Below are positions 25,741 to 38,297 of a stretch of DNA of 64,000 nt, one piece after another. The position numbers and the translations under genes were made by a program. The stretch covers positions 55,056,001 through 55,120,000 of the forward strand of contig NC_043004.1 in the NCBI RefSeq assembly GCF_006345805.1. Reading direction: 5' to 3'. Each line of letters starts with the position of its first letter. Positions within the stretch are counted from its first letter, which is position 1. Source of the DNA: Octopus sinensis (taxonomy: Eukaryota). The notes below the pieces were generated by a model that searched no databases, was not told the origin of the DNA, and saw only the letters and a program-made list of their open reading frames with translations.

Positions 25741-26149
25741 TTCTGATATCTGATTTGATTTGATTTGATTTTGATACACACCCTACTCCCATAAATCATA
25801 CTGCATCTCTTCTTCTCATCTCCACTTCTTCATGCACTGTACTTATCTCTCCTTCCCCATTTCTGAAACCAAATCATATCCTCCCGCCAACCAACTGTAT
25901 CATTGCTATCCAGTCATCCCCTTCTTATATGACCCAATTTCACCATTCACTGCAATTCCCCTCCCCACATTTTGCATTCTTATATGACCCCTACTCACAC
26001 ATCCTGGGTAATCCTCTATCATTCTATTTATATTCACATCCTTGCACCTTGAGGGTATGCCCTGGCACATTGCCATCATCTCTCACCTTCTCTTGCTCTC
26101 CCTTACTCTCGCTCTCTCACTCTCACTCTCTTCCTCCAACTGAGGTTAC

Positions 26150-28373
26150 TATGTATTTCCTCTGCAACAAGTGCAACCAGCTGAACGACAATACAGCACC
26201 TTTGATCGTGAGCTCCTAGAATCTATCTATCGGTTCGTCATTTCCAGCATCAACTTGAAGGGCGAGATTTTGTGATCTATACGGATCACAAGCCCCTTAC
26301 GTTTGCCCTGTGTTCAAAAACGGACAAACTCTCACCTCGTGCTTTCCGGCACCTGGATTTTATCTCTCAATTGACTAGTAACATTCGACACATACCTGGA
26401 AAAGAGAACATTCCTGCTGACGCTCTCTCGCCTTCCAGTCTGCGCCCTTTCGTCTCCTGCTGCTATCGACTAAGCTGCCATCTCGCAGGAGCAGCCACCT
26501 TTGGCGTCGTTAGACTTAACTTCTCCCAAGTTCTCCTGTTGCCAGTTTTCCTACCTTCCGCTTCCGTCAGCCGATACTTTGTGATACTTCCACTGGTTCT
26601 CCCAGGCCACTCGTGTCTGAGAATCATCAACGCTCAGTGTTTGAAGCACTGCACTCCTTATCACATCCTGGCATCGCTGCCACCCTTAAACTAATCACTG
26701 CTCGGTTTTTCTGGCCGAATATGCGTCGCACTATTACTTCTTGGACACGCACCTGCTCCAAGTGTCAACGGTCCAAGATTCAACGGCACGTTTGTGCCCC
26801 GCTTGGACATTTTCCCCCTTGCGGAGGCCAGTTTTCGCCATGTCCACATCGATCTGGTTGGACCATGGCCTGTGAGTCTCGGGTTTTCTTATCTGTTAAC
26901 TTGTGTTGACCGTTTCTCCCGCTGGCCAGAAGCCATTCCAATAGCAGACATTTCTGCTGAGACTGTTGCGCGAGCCTTCGTTTCAAACTGGATTTCCCGT
27001 TTCGGAGTCCCATCCAGATTGACCACTGATCGTGGACGTCAGTTTGAAGCTTTGCTATTTCGCAAGTTGTCACGCATTTTAGGTGTGCATCATATCCACA
27101 CTACTAGCTATCATCCAGCGTCTAATGGATTAGTTGAACGGTTCCATAGACAGCTCAAGGCCGTTCTTCGTGCCTCTTCATGGATTGAATTTCTGCCCAT
27201 TGTGCTTCTCGGTTGTCGGACTGCTGTCAAGGCAGGCCTGGGGTTTTCTGCTGCAGAGCTGCTGTATGGTACCACACTGGCATTGCCTGGTACGATGTTG
27301 GTGACAGACACTTCCCAGCCCCATGATCCGGCGACCTATGTCGCCAGACTGCGTGCATATTTCTCGAATCTTCCACCCATGGTTCCCAGGAAGCAATCTC
27401 CACCATCCCATCTCCCACCGGATATGGACACTTGGTCGCATGTTTTTGTTCGGGACGACTCTGTCAAGGGGCCACTTGTTTCTCCCTATAAAGGAACTTT
27501 CCGTGTGCTTTCTCGCACACCTAAGGTTTTCACTATTGAAATAAATGGTCGTTCGGAGACCGTTTCCGTGGACCGATTAAAGAAAGCATACTTTGAGACG
27601 TCTTCATCTTTTGATGACAACCTTGCCACACCCACCTATGCACCTTTAACAACACCTTCACCTGCACAAACACCTTCACCTGCACAGACACCTTTGCCTT
27701 CACCGGCTCCTACAGCACCACCCTCGCCGTCAACGGGTGCCCCGAGCACACCGTATGTTACAAGATCAGGCAGAACAGTGCATTGGCCCAAGAAACTTTC
27801 AAAGACAATCTATATTTAACTTTCTTTCAAATTTCTTGTTTTTTTGTATGATATTATGTACCAAATCTTCTGGGGTATCGGCAAGCCATCTGTTTTTCTG
27901 CAGCACCACTACAAATTTTCTTGTTTTCGTACTTCCGCACTCGAGGGGGAGCCATGTAGTGATGCTACTGTGTAAGGTTCAGCGCGCATACGCAGAATGG
28001 GACTACTTCCGGGTGGCCACCGGAAGTCTTCCCCATGCACATGTGTGGGAAACTGACCCCCCTAAGGCACACTCACTCATTCATCCTCTCTGGCCGATTC
28101 AGCCATCGTGAACAGACGTGCATTTGGTAGTCTCTGATAACTACACTGACTTAGCCGCGGACGACATCGAATTACTTCAACCAACGAACAAGAAGCTGTA
28201 CAACAGATTCGGCTGTCGTTTTCCCTTCAGAGATACATACACCATCACGATTAATAAACAACACTGCTGTCTTTCACAGATAACCTGACTTCGTCTGTTA
28301 TATCTAACTAAATTGTATGTGACGGGATCGGATCGACACCCCTTCAGTGATACCGATTCCAGATCCTGTTACA
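26150..28373 (+). mobile_element. 5'-truncated Ty3/Gypsy LTR retrotransposon (RNase H, integrase, PPT, 3' LTR)
   Basis: RNase H: QPAERQYSTFDRELL, FVIYTDHKPL, GKENIPADALS. Integrase: LHSLSHPG..CSKCQ zinc finger, [39 protein letters not shown] gaggggga lies just before the LTR. Confidence 0.92.
27955..28373 (+). repeat. 3' LTR of the Gypsy element
   Basis: Starts TGTAGT directly after the PPT, ends GTTACA, and has AATAAA at ~28253. Confidence 0.75.
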
Positions 28374-29049
28374 AATATTAAGCATTGTTTAGCCTTGCTT
28401 GCCCTTATTAACTTTGCACTGACATACGTTTATTTACAGTTCACTTATTAATGTTCTCTGTATGAAGTAGGAATATATTGGTTTCAAATTTTTGCTCAAA
28501 GCCAGCAATTTCGAGGGAGGGGTAATTCGATTACATAGATCCCAGTGCTCAATGGGTAGTTACTTTTTTTGAGCCCAATAGGATAAGAGATAAAATCACC
28601 TTTGGCAGAATTTAAACTCAGACTGTAAACATGGATGAAATGCCACTGAGCATTTTACCCAGCATGCTAATGACTCTGCGAGCTCACCACCTTAAAGTAA
28701 GAATATATTAGCATCAGCTTCATTATAGTTTTCCATACAAATGATGTTATTGTATTCCCTATTTCTTTTTTCTTTTCAAATGGCTAATAATGTGTGCGTG
28801 TGCTGCTACAACACACATTGGAAAGCATTGTACAACCAAGCACTAAAGAAGGTCTTTCCTCCTCCATGAAACAAAGCTGTTCCCGCTGGACATCAACCCA
28901 GTATTTCTAAGCTACGGACCGAGTGATTTATTGTAAGGTTATCTCCCTAGACAGATTGCCTTCACTACTGCTAAGGAGCCCTTTCTACCCTACAGTCGAA
29001 CAATGATGATGACTTCTACACCTCTAGTCTAACCACTGTAAAATCATGT

Positions 29050-29420
29050 GCATTTACAATTCATGTACACTTACAAATCAAACGAACATGAAGTGTGCAC
29101 AGGGAAGACTTACTTGAGAAGATCATCCATCAGTTTCACAACACTAATTTTCATTCCTACCTTGAAGCACACAGTTGTAAATCCATTTAGTGCATACTGG
29201 AGATCACCTTCTGACGAGCCAAATAGCACCATATCATCTGTAAATATCAGACAACTGATACTACACCCGTAATTGTGATACAACTTGCACAATGCCTCTG
29301 CATGCCAATCCAGTTCATAGAAATTATCAAAAAGAGAGATGACAATATGCACCCCCACTGAAGTCCAATACTAACATTGACAGGTTTTGATCTAGTACCA
29401 TTTACCCAAACACAAACATT
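29050..29420 (-). pseudogene. Decayed non-LTR RT fragment
   Basis: Reads GLQWGCILSSLFL.ISM and LIFTDDMVLFGSSEGDLQYALNGF..VC..VGMKIS (RT motifs 4-6). Confidence 0.7.
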
Positions 29421-29607
29421 TGGGCATTCCTGAAAACCAAAAGTCACCCATTAATCCTAAATTCCTGCAAAATCCTGAACAGCATGTCTTGCGGCAGGCA
29501 GTCATGAGACTTTTCCAGGTGTACAAAGGAAATGTGCACATTGTTACATCTGAAAGCTGTAATTGTCTTGTAGCGTGGTTGATATCCTCACTGTTTGAGA
29601 GACATAT

Positions 29608-30099
29608 TAGGAATAATCTCGTGGTAGTTTACAACCATCTTTGGCTAGTTTGACCGTGTTGTGTCCATTGCTCTAATTGGTTGGCATTTGGTGCAGTTTG
29701 TCTTTTGACTTATTTTGCGACAGTGTGTAAGCCAACCAATCACGGCTTTTGGATAAGGTCTCATGACACTGTTTTTCTGATCCTTCAATTGAGACACCTA
29801 AAGGCTATAAAAAGGCCAGTATTCACTATTCTGGGTCTTTGGCTCTAGACCTTCTAAGGTCTAGTCACTGACCCGAAATAGTGGATGCTGACCTTTTTAT
29901 AGCTTGTAGGTGGCTCAAAAGAAGGATCAGAAAAACAGTGTCATGAAACCTTATCCAAAGGCCGCGATTGGTTGGCTTACACACTGTCGCGAAATAAGTC
30001 GAAAGACAAACTGCGCCAAATGCCAACCAATCAGAGCAATGGACACAACAGGGTCAAACTAGCCAAAGATGGTTGTAAACTACCACGAGATTATTCCTA
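29608..30099. mobile_element. Foldback element/MITE, palindromic over its whole length
   Basis: Arms of ~245 bp (taggaataatctcgtggtag... / ...ctaccacgagattattccta) converge on ctagacctt-ct-aaggtctag at ~29845-29864. TA at both ends. Confidence 0.85.
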
Positions 30100-30228
30100 T
30101 TTCTTTACTACCCACAAGGGGCTAAACACAGAGAGGACAAACAAGGACAGGCATAGGTATTAAGTCGATTATATCGACCCCAGTGTGCAACTGGTACTTA
30201 TTTAATCGATCCCGAAAGGATGTATACA

Positions 30229-31288
30229 TTCTACTGGGGTCTGTGAAGCCAGAAGGCTTCATCAGGCCCAGTCAAATCTGGCAGTGTTTCTACGGCTGGA
30301 TGCCCTTCCTAACGCCAACCACTCCGTGAGTGTAGTGGGTGCTTTTTACGTGCCACCCGCACTAGTGCCAGACAGAGCTGGCAAACGGCAGAGTGTAAGT
30401 ACCTTGAGAGAAAAGCTGGACCTAAGAAGCATCAGTTGTGGTGTGCAAGAGAGACGTTTGCACTGGTATGGTCATGTCGCGAGAATGGATGAAGATAGTT
30501 GTGTGAAAAAGTGCCACACCCTAGCGGTTGAGGGAACCTGTGGAAGAGGCAGACCCAGGAAAACCTGGGACGAGGTGGTGAAGCACGACCTTCGAACTTT
30601 AGGTCTCACTGAGGAAATGACTAGAGACCGAGACCTCTGGAAGTGTGCTGTGCGCGAGAAGACCCGGCAGGACAAGTGAGTCCATAACCCGTGGCCTTCT
30701 ACATGGATGGAGCCAGCCTACGTATGCATACCTTCCCTTCTTGGGACACAAAACTCTACTTGTGAAGACGTGTTGAGGCAAGTGAGGATCAGAATCGAAA
30801 TCGATCAATGGAAATTGCGGATGTGCTACCAGCGCCGGTGGCATGTCGAAACTCTGCTTGTGAAGACCCGTTGAGGCAAGTGAGGATCAGAATCGAAATC
30901 GATCAATGGAAATCGATCAATGGAAATTGCAGATGTGTTACCAGTGCCAGTGGTATGTAAGAGAACTTTCCGTTTCGCGACCGTTGCCAGCACCGCCCCA
31001 TTTCGTGTCCGTTGCCAGCCTCGCCTGGCCCTCGTGCCGGTGGCACATAAAAAGCACCATCCATTCATGGCCGTTTGCCAGCTCTGTCTGGCACCAGTGC
31101 GGGTGGCACGTAAAAAGCACCCACTACACTCACGGAGTGGTTGGCGTTAGGAAGAGCATCCAGCCGTAGAAACACTGCCAGATTTGACTGGGCCTGATGA
31201 AGCCTTCTGGCTTCACAGACCCCAGTAGAACCGTCCAACCCATGCTAGCATGGAAAACGGACGCTAAACGATGATGATGATGATGATG

Positions 31289-31290
<2 letters not shown>
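30229..31290 (+). mobile_element. 5'-truncated RTE copy with an inverted duplicate of its own 3' UTR at the 5' junction
   Basis: RT C-terminus (RLHWYGHVARM..GRGRPRKTWDEVV) at 30389-30679, 3' UTR and (GAT)n to ~31290. 30229-30388 is the reverse complement of 31071-31230. Confidence 0.85.
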
Positions 31291-31381
<91 letters not shown>

Positions 31382-31436
31382 ATATATATATATATAATAT
31401 ATATATATATAAATATATACACACTCACACACACAC

Positions 31437-31502
<66 letters not shown>

Positions 31503-32242
31503 TACATATATATGTGTGTGTATATAAATATATATTATATTTAGTCTGTAGGTGTGAACTAAGAGGTCAACATGTAATCTTTTAATGTACATCTTTTTTC
31601 CATGGTGATATTTTGCTCATATCTTATAAATGCAAATTTAAAGCATAAATTTGTAATTATGTAATGAGCACAAATAGAAACATCTATAGAAAGTAAGATT
31701 TATCGATTTATTAATAAATAAATATTAACTTTCAACTCTACATTTTCTTTTCTTCTCTTAATTCAATACAAGGAACTCTTTGATTATCTCACCCCCATTA
31801 AAAAATTGGGTCATCTCCCCTAACTAAAAAAGTTGTTTAACCCTCAATAAAACAAAAATAAATGAAAAAATTAATAAACATAAATAGTGTAAAGATTAAA
31901 CATCTTATTGAATCTAACAACATTTTCATAACAAATCATTCCATCCCTATTGAAGGGGCCAAAAGTCAACAATGTGTTGAAGTATTGAATCAAAAGGACC
32001 TAACTCTTTTAATCCAATCTCTTGTCGCCACATAAACTTAACTTTTTAGTGGGAGGTAACCTAGTTTTTAATGGCAACTTTTTAAAGAGGGTGAGATAAC
32101 CAAACAGTACCAAATATGGATTATATGCTTAATATATACCTATTGATTTAGGGAAAATTTATTTCCCCCAAAATTAGGTATAAAATCAGTGCTTTCTTGG
32201 ATGTAATCATCCCTTTAAGAGGTTAATATATCCTTTACTTAA

Positions 32243-32277
<35 letters not shown>

Positions 32278-32799
32278 GTATAGATAGATAGATAGATAGA
32301 TATAATATATTGTTATTGTATGTGCTAAAAGCACCTATATTGCTAGAAATAAGAGTTAAACCACTTATAACTGGATAATAGCACATATATACTGACAGGT
32401 AAATAACTTCCCTATGAGCGAAGCAGAACTTGAATACTGGACCACACAATTTCATCCCAATGAGAATGGAGGCATAATGTTGACTGCTTTACAAATGGCA
32501 ATAAGAATGCAGTCTTGGTCAGCATAGTGGTGAAAAACCTCTGAAATGAAATTCTTTGAAGTAAAAAACCCTTCTGAGTGAGACAGAGTTGTTTCCCATA
32601 GAGCAGTTCCAGTTGTGCCCCAAAAGAATTGATTTATGTATTTTTTACATTTATAAGTTAGTAAGCTGGGAAGCCCGTGTCTCTAATATGAATTTTCTCT
32701 TATGAAGGCACCAATAAAACATCTCACTTTTTGAATTTAAGAAGGTTTCCAGATCATGCAAATGCTTTAGGATTTACCTACCTGTTCATACAGGACCTA

Positions 32800-33250
32800 C
32801 TACAAATTAAATAAAAGGCTGTTGTATATTAACACAGCCTCCTGCCATGCACCGATTATGTTTAAAAACCTGGTGAAAGGTATCAGTAAGCAGATTTCAA
32901 GCATCTCTTTAAACAAAGAGATTTTTGATGCTGTGGCCTTCTATTACAATAAGGCTTTGGCAGCCAGCAGGTTTAAGAACCATATCTCCTTTCTGCCAAG
33001 GCCTAAAACCCACAAAAGAAAGTGCCACCATTAGGTCATTTGGTTTGACCCACTATTCACTCAGTGTCAAAACTCACATAGGAAGGATTTTCCTTAGACT
33101 TGTGGATAACCATTTCTCACAATCCTATCACTACAGATGATTATTTAATAAGTACAACTTATGGGTCTCATTCAGGTGCGCACTCAGGGTAGAGAAGGTT
33201 TTAGTGAATGCCTTTAACCCCCACACAAAGACAGGCAGCTCATGTAGGGT
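32800..33250 (+). pseudogene. Penelope-like element remnant (RT thumb/linker)
   Basis: Reads YINTASCHAP.MFKNL.KGISKQISSIS.NKEIFD..A.YYNKAL..S.F, then IWF.P..S.SVKTHIGRIFLRLVD.HF, a typical PLE post-RT region. Confidence 0.7.
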
Positions 33251-34624
33251 TAACAGTGAAAGCCTAGTTAGTGGTTGATGTAATTCCAAAGCTATGGCCT
33301 ATGAAGCAGAGTTAGTGTCTGTCAGTAAACAGCAGCAATGGCAGAGATAGTAGCAGCAACACCAGCAATGTGTCCAGCACTAACAGCTATAATGGCAGTG
33401 ATAGCAGTAGCAACAACAACAGCAGCACCAACAACATAAGGATACATACATGGAAATATATTGGATTAACATACAGGTATGGAATTTATGGCTTGCAGGT
33501 TGATCTGAGAAAGAAGCTCCATCCCCACATACAACCAGTTTTGGCTGTGCAATTTATGCACTTCCGAAATAGTGGCAGTGTCTTCTATGTTGTAGAGTTC
33601 AGCTGTCACTAGCCAGCATATATTGAGTTTGGGCGGCACTTGCCCAATTTTTATTTTTGTTACGTGCCGACCAAGGTATGTTGGCATGAGTATCAAATCT
33701 TCTGTTTTGAGGGGTGTTGTTGATTGTTCTTAGGCAATTTCTTCTGATGGGAAGCGAACTTCTACTGTTCCAAACTGCTTCCTTTTGGTCACAAAAGATT
33801 TTTTGCCTCATATGGGCTTCAGTGCTATCTCCAACTGATGTAGAGATGCGCCTTTCATCTTTTTGTGTTTACATGGAAAATCTTATAAATTATCGTTCTT
33901 CTGTTTGTTTCCTGTATTATTTGTTGTGGAGTGTTAAGGAAGACATTGTTTCCATCCTTCCTTACAACTCCTTTGTGGTTTTTATTTCGTTCATTATAAC
34001 AGTGATTTCCTCTGAGCTTTGCTTTGTTGCAGAGGTGAAACCATTACAATAGCTTTTGTTGTTGGTCTTGGTGGTGTCACTGGTGTTGGGTTCTTTGTTA
34101 ACTGTGTTGTTTCTCTCTTCCTCCTTCTCTGGTGTAGGAGCAATAGTGGTGGTGAGAGCCAGGAAATGCGGGTCTGAAAGGCTGTTGAAGGAACAGCCTT
34201 CATTTTCATCAGTAGCACTGCATGTGGTGGAACACTGATTCACATTTTCTTCTTTGCCATTTAAGGCATGAATTGGGCAGTGTGTATTGACATTTGACTT
34301 GTCTTGTCGTCTGTCTACGGTGCACAAAGAAGGGAACAGCTTATTGTTGTCTTCAAAGACATCTTGGCAAAATTTACAAGTTTCAAAGCTAAATTTCAAA
34401 GTTTCAAATGAAAATTTCACCCCTAAAAGCGGAAAATTCCACCTAACTGAGTAGCTCTGCAAGAACCTAGTCAGCTTGGCTATAAAAATATACAAAAATA
34501 TCAATGGGTTTAACAAAATTTCCAATAAAATTGGGCAGCAACTTATAGAGCTTCTAGAGACACGTCCATCCGCTTTCAAAACAAGAATAATGATTATGAT
34601 GATGATAATAATAACAACAATATT

Positions 34625-34785
34625 GAAAATACCTTAGGAACGTGAACCCAGGTTCAAAATTTCCCCAAGACACTTGATGAAGGCTGGAGGGTATTTCAGC
34701 TGAAATGTGTTAACAACAAACAAGATGAGGACAAATACCTGTCAAATGTAAATAATTGCTCATCTCTTAAATATAGAACTGTATT
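34625..34785 (+). mobile_element. Third, degenerate copy of the hammerhead-containing element (3' part)
   Basis: aaataccttaggaa..ccccaagacacTTGATGAaggctggagggtatttcagctGAAAtgtgtt: core C mutated and stem III deleted. Confidence 0.7.
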
Positions 34786-35150
34786 CTTTTTACTTGTTTC
34801 AGTCATTTGATTGTGGCCATACTGGAGCACCACCTTTAGTCAAACAAATCGACCCCAGGACTTATTCTTTGAAAGCCTAGTACTATTGGTCTCTTGTTGC
34901 CAAACTGCTAAGTTACAGAGACATAAATACACCAGCATTGGTTGTCAAGTGATGGTTGGGGAACAAACATATGCATATATGTATATATACAACAGGGTTC
35001 TTTCAGTTTCCATCTACTAAATCTACTCACAAAGCTTTGGTTAGCCCTAAGCTATAGTAGAAGACAGTTGCCCAAGTTGCTGTGCAGTGGGGCCGAACCC
35101 GGAACCATGTGGTTGGGAAGTAAGCTTCTTACCATACCGCCATGCTTGCA
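34785..35150 (-). mobile_element. SINE family A
   Basis: Similarity to the family. Further copies at ~40385-40760(-), ~44630-44970(+), ~46310-46470(+, partial), ~53370-53585(+), ~53885-54150(-), ~57130-57345(+), ~59330-59735(-), ~59735-60065(+) and ~60755-61155(+). Confidence 0.8.
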
Positions 35151-35278
35151 TCTTCTAACTCTTTGCCTTCTTCTAAAAGTCAGTTTAATATGGATGGCCC
35201 TAAATAGGGACCATATTAGATTATTAAGTTGATAAGAAGAGATATTATACTTTGATTTTAGCCAAAAGGCCGAGAAGT
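35150..35278 (-). pseudogene. U2: U2 snRNA pseudogene (5' ~120 nt)
   Basis: Minus strand reads cttctcggccttttggctaaaatcaaagtataatatctcttcttatcaacttaat..tattaaactgacttttagaa, against U2 CTTCTCGGCCTTTTGGCTAAGATCAAAGTGTAGTATCTGTTCTTATCAGCTTAAT..AAACTGATTTTTG. The branch-pairing and Sm sites are mutated and the 3' stem-loops are missing. Confidence 0.85.
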
Positions 35279-35584
35279 GGCATATACACACAGACACAGG
35301 TTCATACATGCACACACATACACATATAAGTATATATATATACACACATATGCTAATACCATCATCACTTAACATCCACTTTTCTATGCTCGCATGAGTC
35401 AGACACAATTTTTTGAGTCAGATTTTCAATGCCCTTCCTGTAAACAGCTCTTAATTGTTTCCAAGCAAGATAAATATTTCTCCATAGCCAGGTATATTTT
35501 TCATGGAAGACTAGAAACAAACAACATTGCTAAGAACCACGAGGTCAAAGACACAGTACACATACATTTATATACATACATACA

Positions 35585-35960
35585 GGGTGCCAAGAACACC
35601 ATCCGAGTGTGATCATTGCCAGAGCAGCCAACTGGCTTCCGTACCCGTGGCACGTAAAAGGGCACCGTTCGAGCGTGATTGTTACCAACGTCGCTTCACT
35701 GGCACCTGTGCCAGTGGCACATGTAAAAAGATTCGAGCGAGGTCATTGCCAGTACTGCCTGACTGGCCCCTGTGCCGGTAGCACGTAAAAAGCACCCACT
35801 ACACTATCGGAGTGGTTGGCATTAGGAAGGGCATCCATTTGTATAAACTCTGCCAGATCAAGACTGGAGCTTGAAGCAGCCATCTGGTTTGCCAGCCTTC
35901 AGTCAAAATCGTCCAACCCATGCTAGCATGGAAAGTGGACGTTAAACGATGATGATGATG
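35585..35960 (+). mobile_element. RTE-tail-related repeat
   Basis: gcacgtaaaaagcacccactacac..ggaagggcatcc..(GAT)n. Similar remnants at ~4920-5110 and ~58960-59110. Confidence 0.75.
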
Positions 35961-36261
35961 ATATATATATATATATACACGCATACACAAGGAGCTTCTT
36001 TCAGTTTCCAATAAACAAATCCATTCATAAGGCTTTGGTCAGTTCATTGGGACTGAACCCAGAAGCATGTGGTTGGAGACCAACCTATAAAACTTTGTCT
36101 TGTATACTAGAAAATACAATAAATTTTAACCTTGTTCTTGTTGCTTCTGAGTTTAAATCCAACTAGAAACAACCTACTATTTAATCCTAGTGAAGTCTAT
36201 TGATGAATGCCATTCTTCTTTATCATCTTTATGATATTTAGATTATATATACATATATATA

Positions 36262-37110
36262 CAGGGTGCAATGGGTAAATTGTTGCCATTTTATATAATT
36301 TTAATTGCTTTTATGTGCATTGTTTGTTTTTGATTTTGTTGACCACAGAGCATAGTAGGATCAGTTGGGCACCATCTGTGAGAAAAACAGCACAATGATG
36401 CAATCCACTCAGCCAGAAATTTGGAAACGACATGCTGTACAGCTTGGCATTCATGCTGGAAGCTCCAGTATGAACATTTCAGAGTGTTTGGGTGTCAATC
36501 TGAGGACTCCATGTACCAAGTGTGATAAAAATCAAACATCCAGTCAACATCATGGTGTTTCAAGTCATCAGTAGTGATGATGATGTTATGCCTCCATTCA
36601 ACTTTCCACATGGACTCAGACTCAACATGGAGGCCTACATCAAGTGCCTGGAGGAGGTAGTGCTGCCCTGGGTCAAGAGGGTGGCTGCTGGAAAACCCTA
36701 TCTGACAACAGGAGCCAGCGCCATGCAACACAAGCAGGAGAACCCAGTCATAACTATCTGACAATTTCTGCAACCACATTACCCCTAACATCTGACCACC
36801 TTGGTTATTATGAGCGGGGCACAGTTGAGTGAGAAACCAACAAAACTTGCAACACTAAAAGATGAATTGAAGGCAAGGATTATGGCAGCATTCACCAACT
36901 GAAACAAGGAGACTGTCAAAAAGAATTGCAGGAGATTCCAAAGTCATCTGGAGGATGTGGTTGAAGCCAATGGCGATTATATGGAATAAATTTACTCTTT
37001 AGTATTGCAAGATATTTATGTAATTTTGGTAAATATAGCTGTTAAAATGTGATGTTAGTGTTATTTTCATTTTTGCATAATTTAGATGACAGTTTATTCA
37101 CTGCATCTTG
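36262..37110 (+). mobile_element. Internally deleted Tc1/mariner (maT/DD37D-like) transposon
   Basis: TA|cagggtgca ... tgcatcttg|TA ends. Remnant transposase reads KHPVNIMVF.VI.SD.DVMPPF.FPHGLRLN.EAYIKCLEEVVLPWVKRVAAG.PY and ..ELKARIMAAF.. Confidence 0.8.
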
Positions 37111-37159
37111 TATCTATGTATATATATATATATATAATTATATATACACATACACACAC

Positions 37160-37195
<36 letters not shown>

Positions 37196-38297
37196 GTACA
37201 TAGAGACATACTAGTTCTCTTTCATTTTTTCCATATTCCATTTCATTATACACTAAGTATGTAGGTTTCCTTTCTCTGCTATCTCAGCATCTTCCATTCA
37301 CATTATGCATAGATACAAAAGAACTTTAATCCAAGAAGATATGCAAGACACCACTTCTATAACATACTCATCTCCTACTTTTCTCAGTAGGAATTGTTGT
37401 ACTTCTGCAAATTTGGGGAAGTGAACACATGCTGTTTAACGGCATTTAATTATCATACCATTTGGGTTGGTTGGATTTACTGTTCTGTGGCATGTAGAAA
37501 ATAAAATAGACACTAGTGTGTGTGTGTGTCTATGTCTATTTATCTATCTGTCTGTTTGTCTGTCTGTCTATCTATCTATGTTTGTATATATGCATGTATG
37601 TATCTATCTAACTATACACATGCACATACACACACTTTATTGTCAGTGTTACTGTACTTGCATATTTTCTCAATTGGTTCAATCTAATGTGATGTGAATA
37701 TGATGTAAATATATCATCATCATCATCATTGTTTGTCATCATCATCATTTTCATTTCTGCTTTTCCACTTTCCATGCTGGTATGGGCTACATGGATCAAC
37801 ATGGTCTGAGTCATCTTCTGTTGGGAGTTACGGCCTCCTTAGACTGATACCCACACATATATCATTTGACTTGGTTTACAAAGCTGCATGTCCCTCCTAT
37901 CACCAACCACTAAACAGAATGCACTGGATGTGTTTTTCAGTGCACCAACTCTTGAGAGGTTGAATGAGGGACCTGAAATACAGATAAATAGGTTTTATCC
38001 TTACCAGCCATTTTCTCATATATATTATGTAGACTAGTTTAGCATGAATTCTCCTATGTCTTATGTTAGAATAGGACAGCATGGTTTTTCATACATACCT
38101 ACGTTTATATGATAATATATAGCTTTAAACGTTAATCTATAATATTATGTAGATTAGAGTGTATTGATAATAATAATAATTATAGTAAAACTTTTGAATC
38201 TTAATGTACGTTATAATTGGAGTTCATCTTGCAAACACATTCTGCCTACTCTGCCACCCCTCCCTCATTATTTAATTATAAATATACATGGCTCTCT

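Noticed and set aside
31185-31225. CTGATGA in the RTE 3' tail (also the reverse at ~1625-1640 and ~30250-30270) as a hammerhead
   Set aside because: No GAAA follows. It is part of a simple stem-loop (gggcctg-a-tgaagcc/ggcttca-cagaccc) typical of LINE 3' recognition structures.
32395-32520. Open frames read as host exons (MSEAELEYWTTQFHPNENGG.. or QHYASILIGMKLCGPVF..)
   Set aside because: No convincing donor/acceptor pair; may be a decayed extension of the adjacent Penelope RT remnant.
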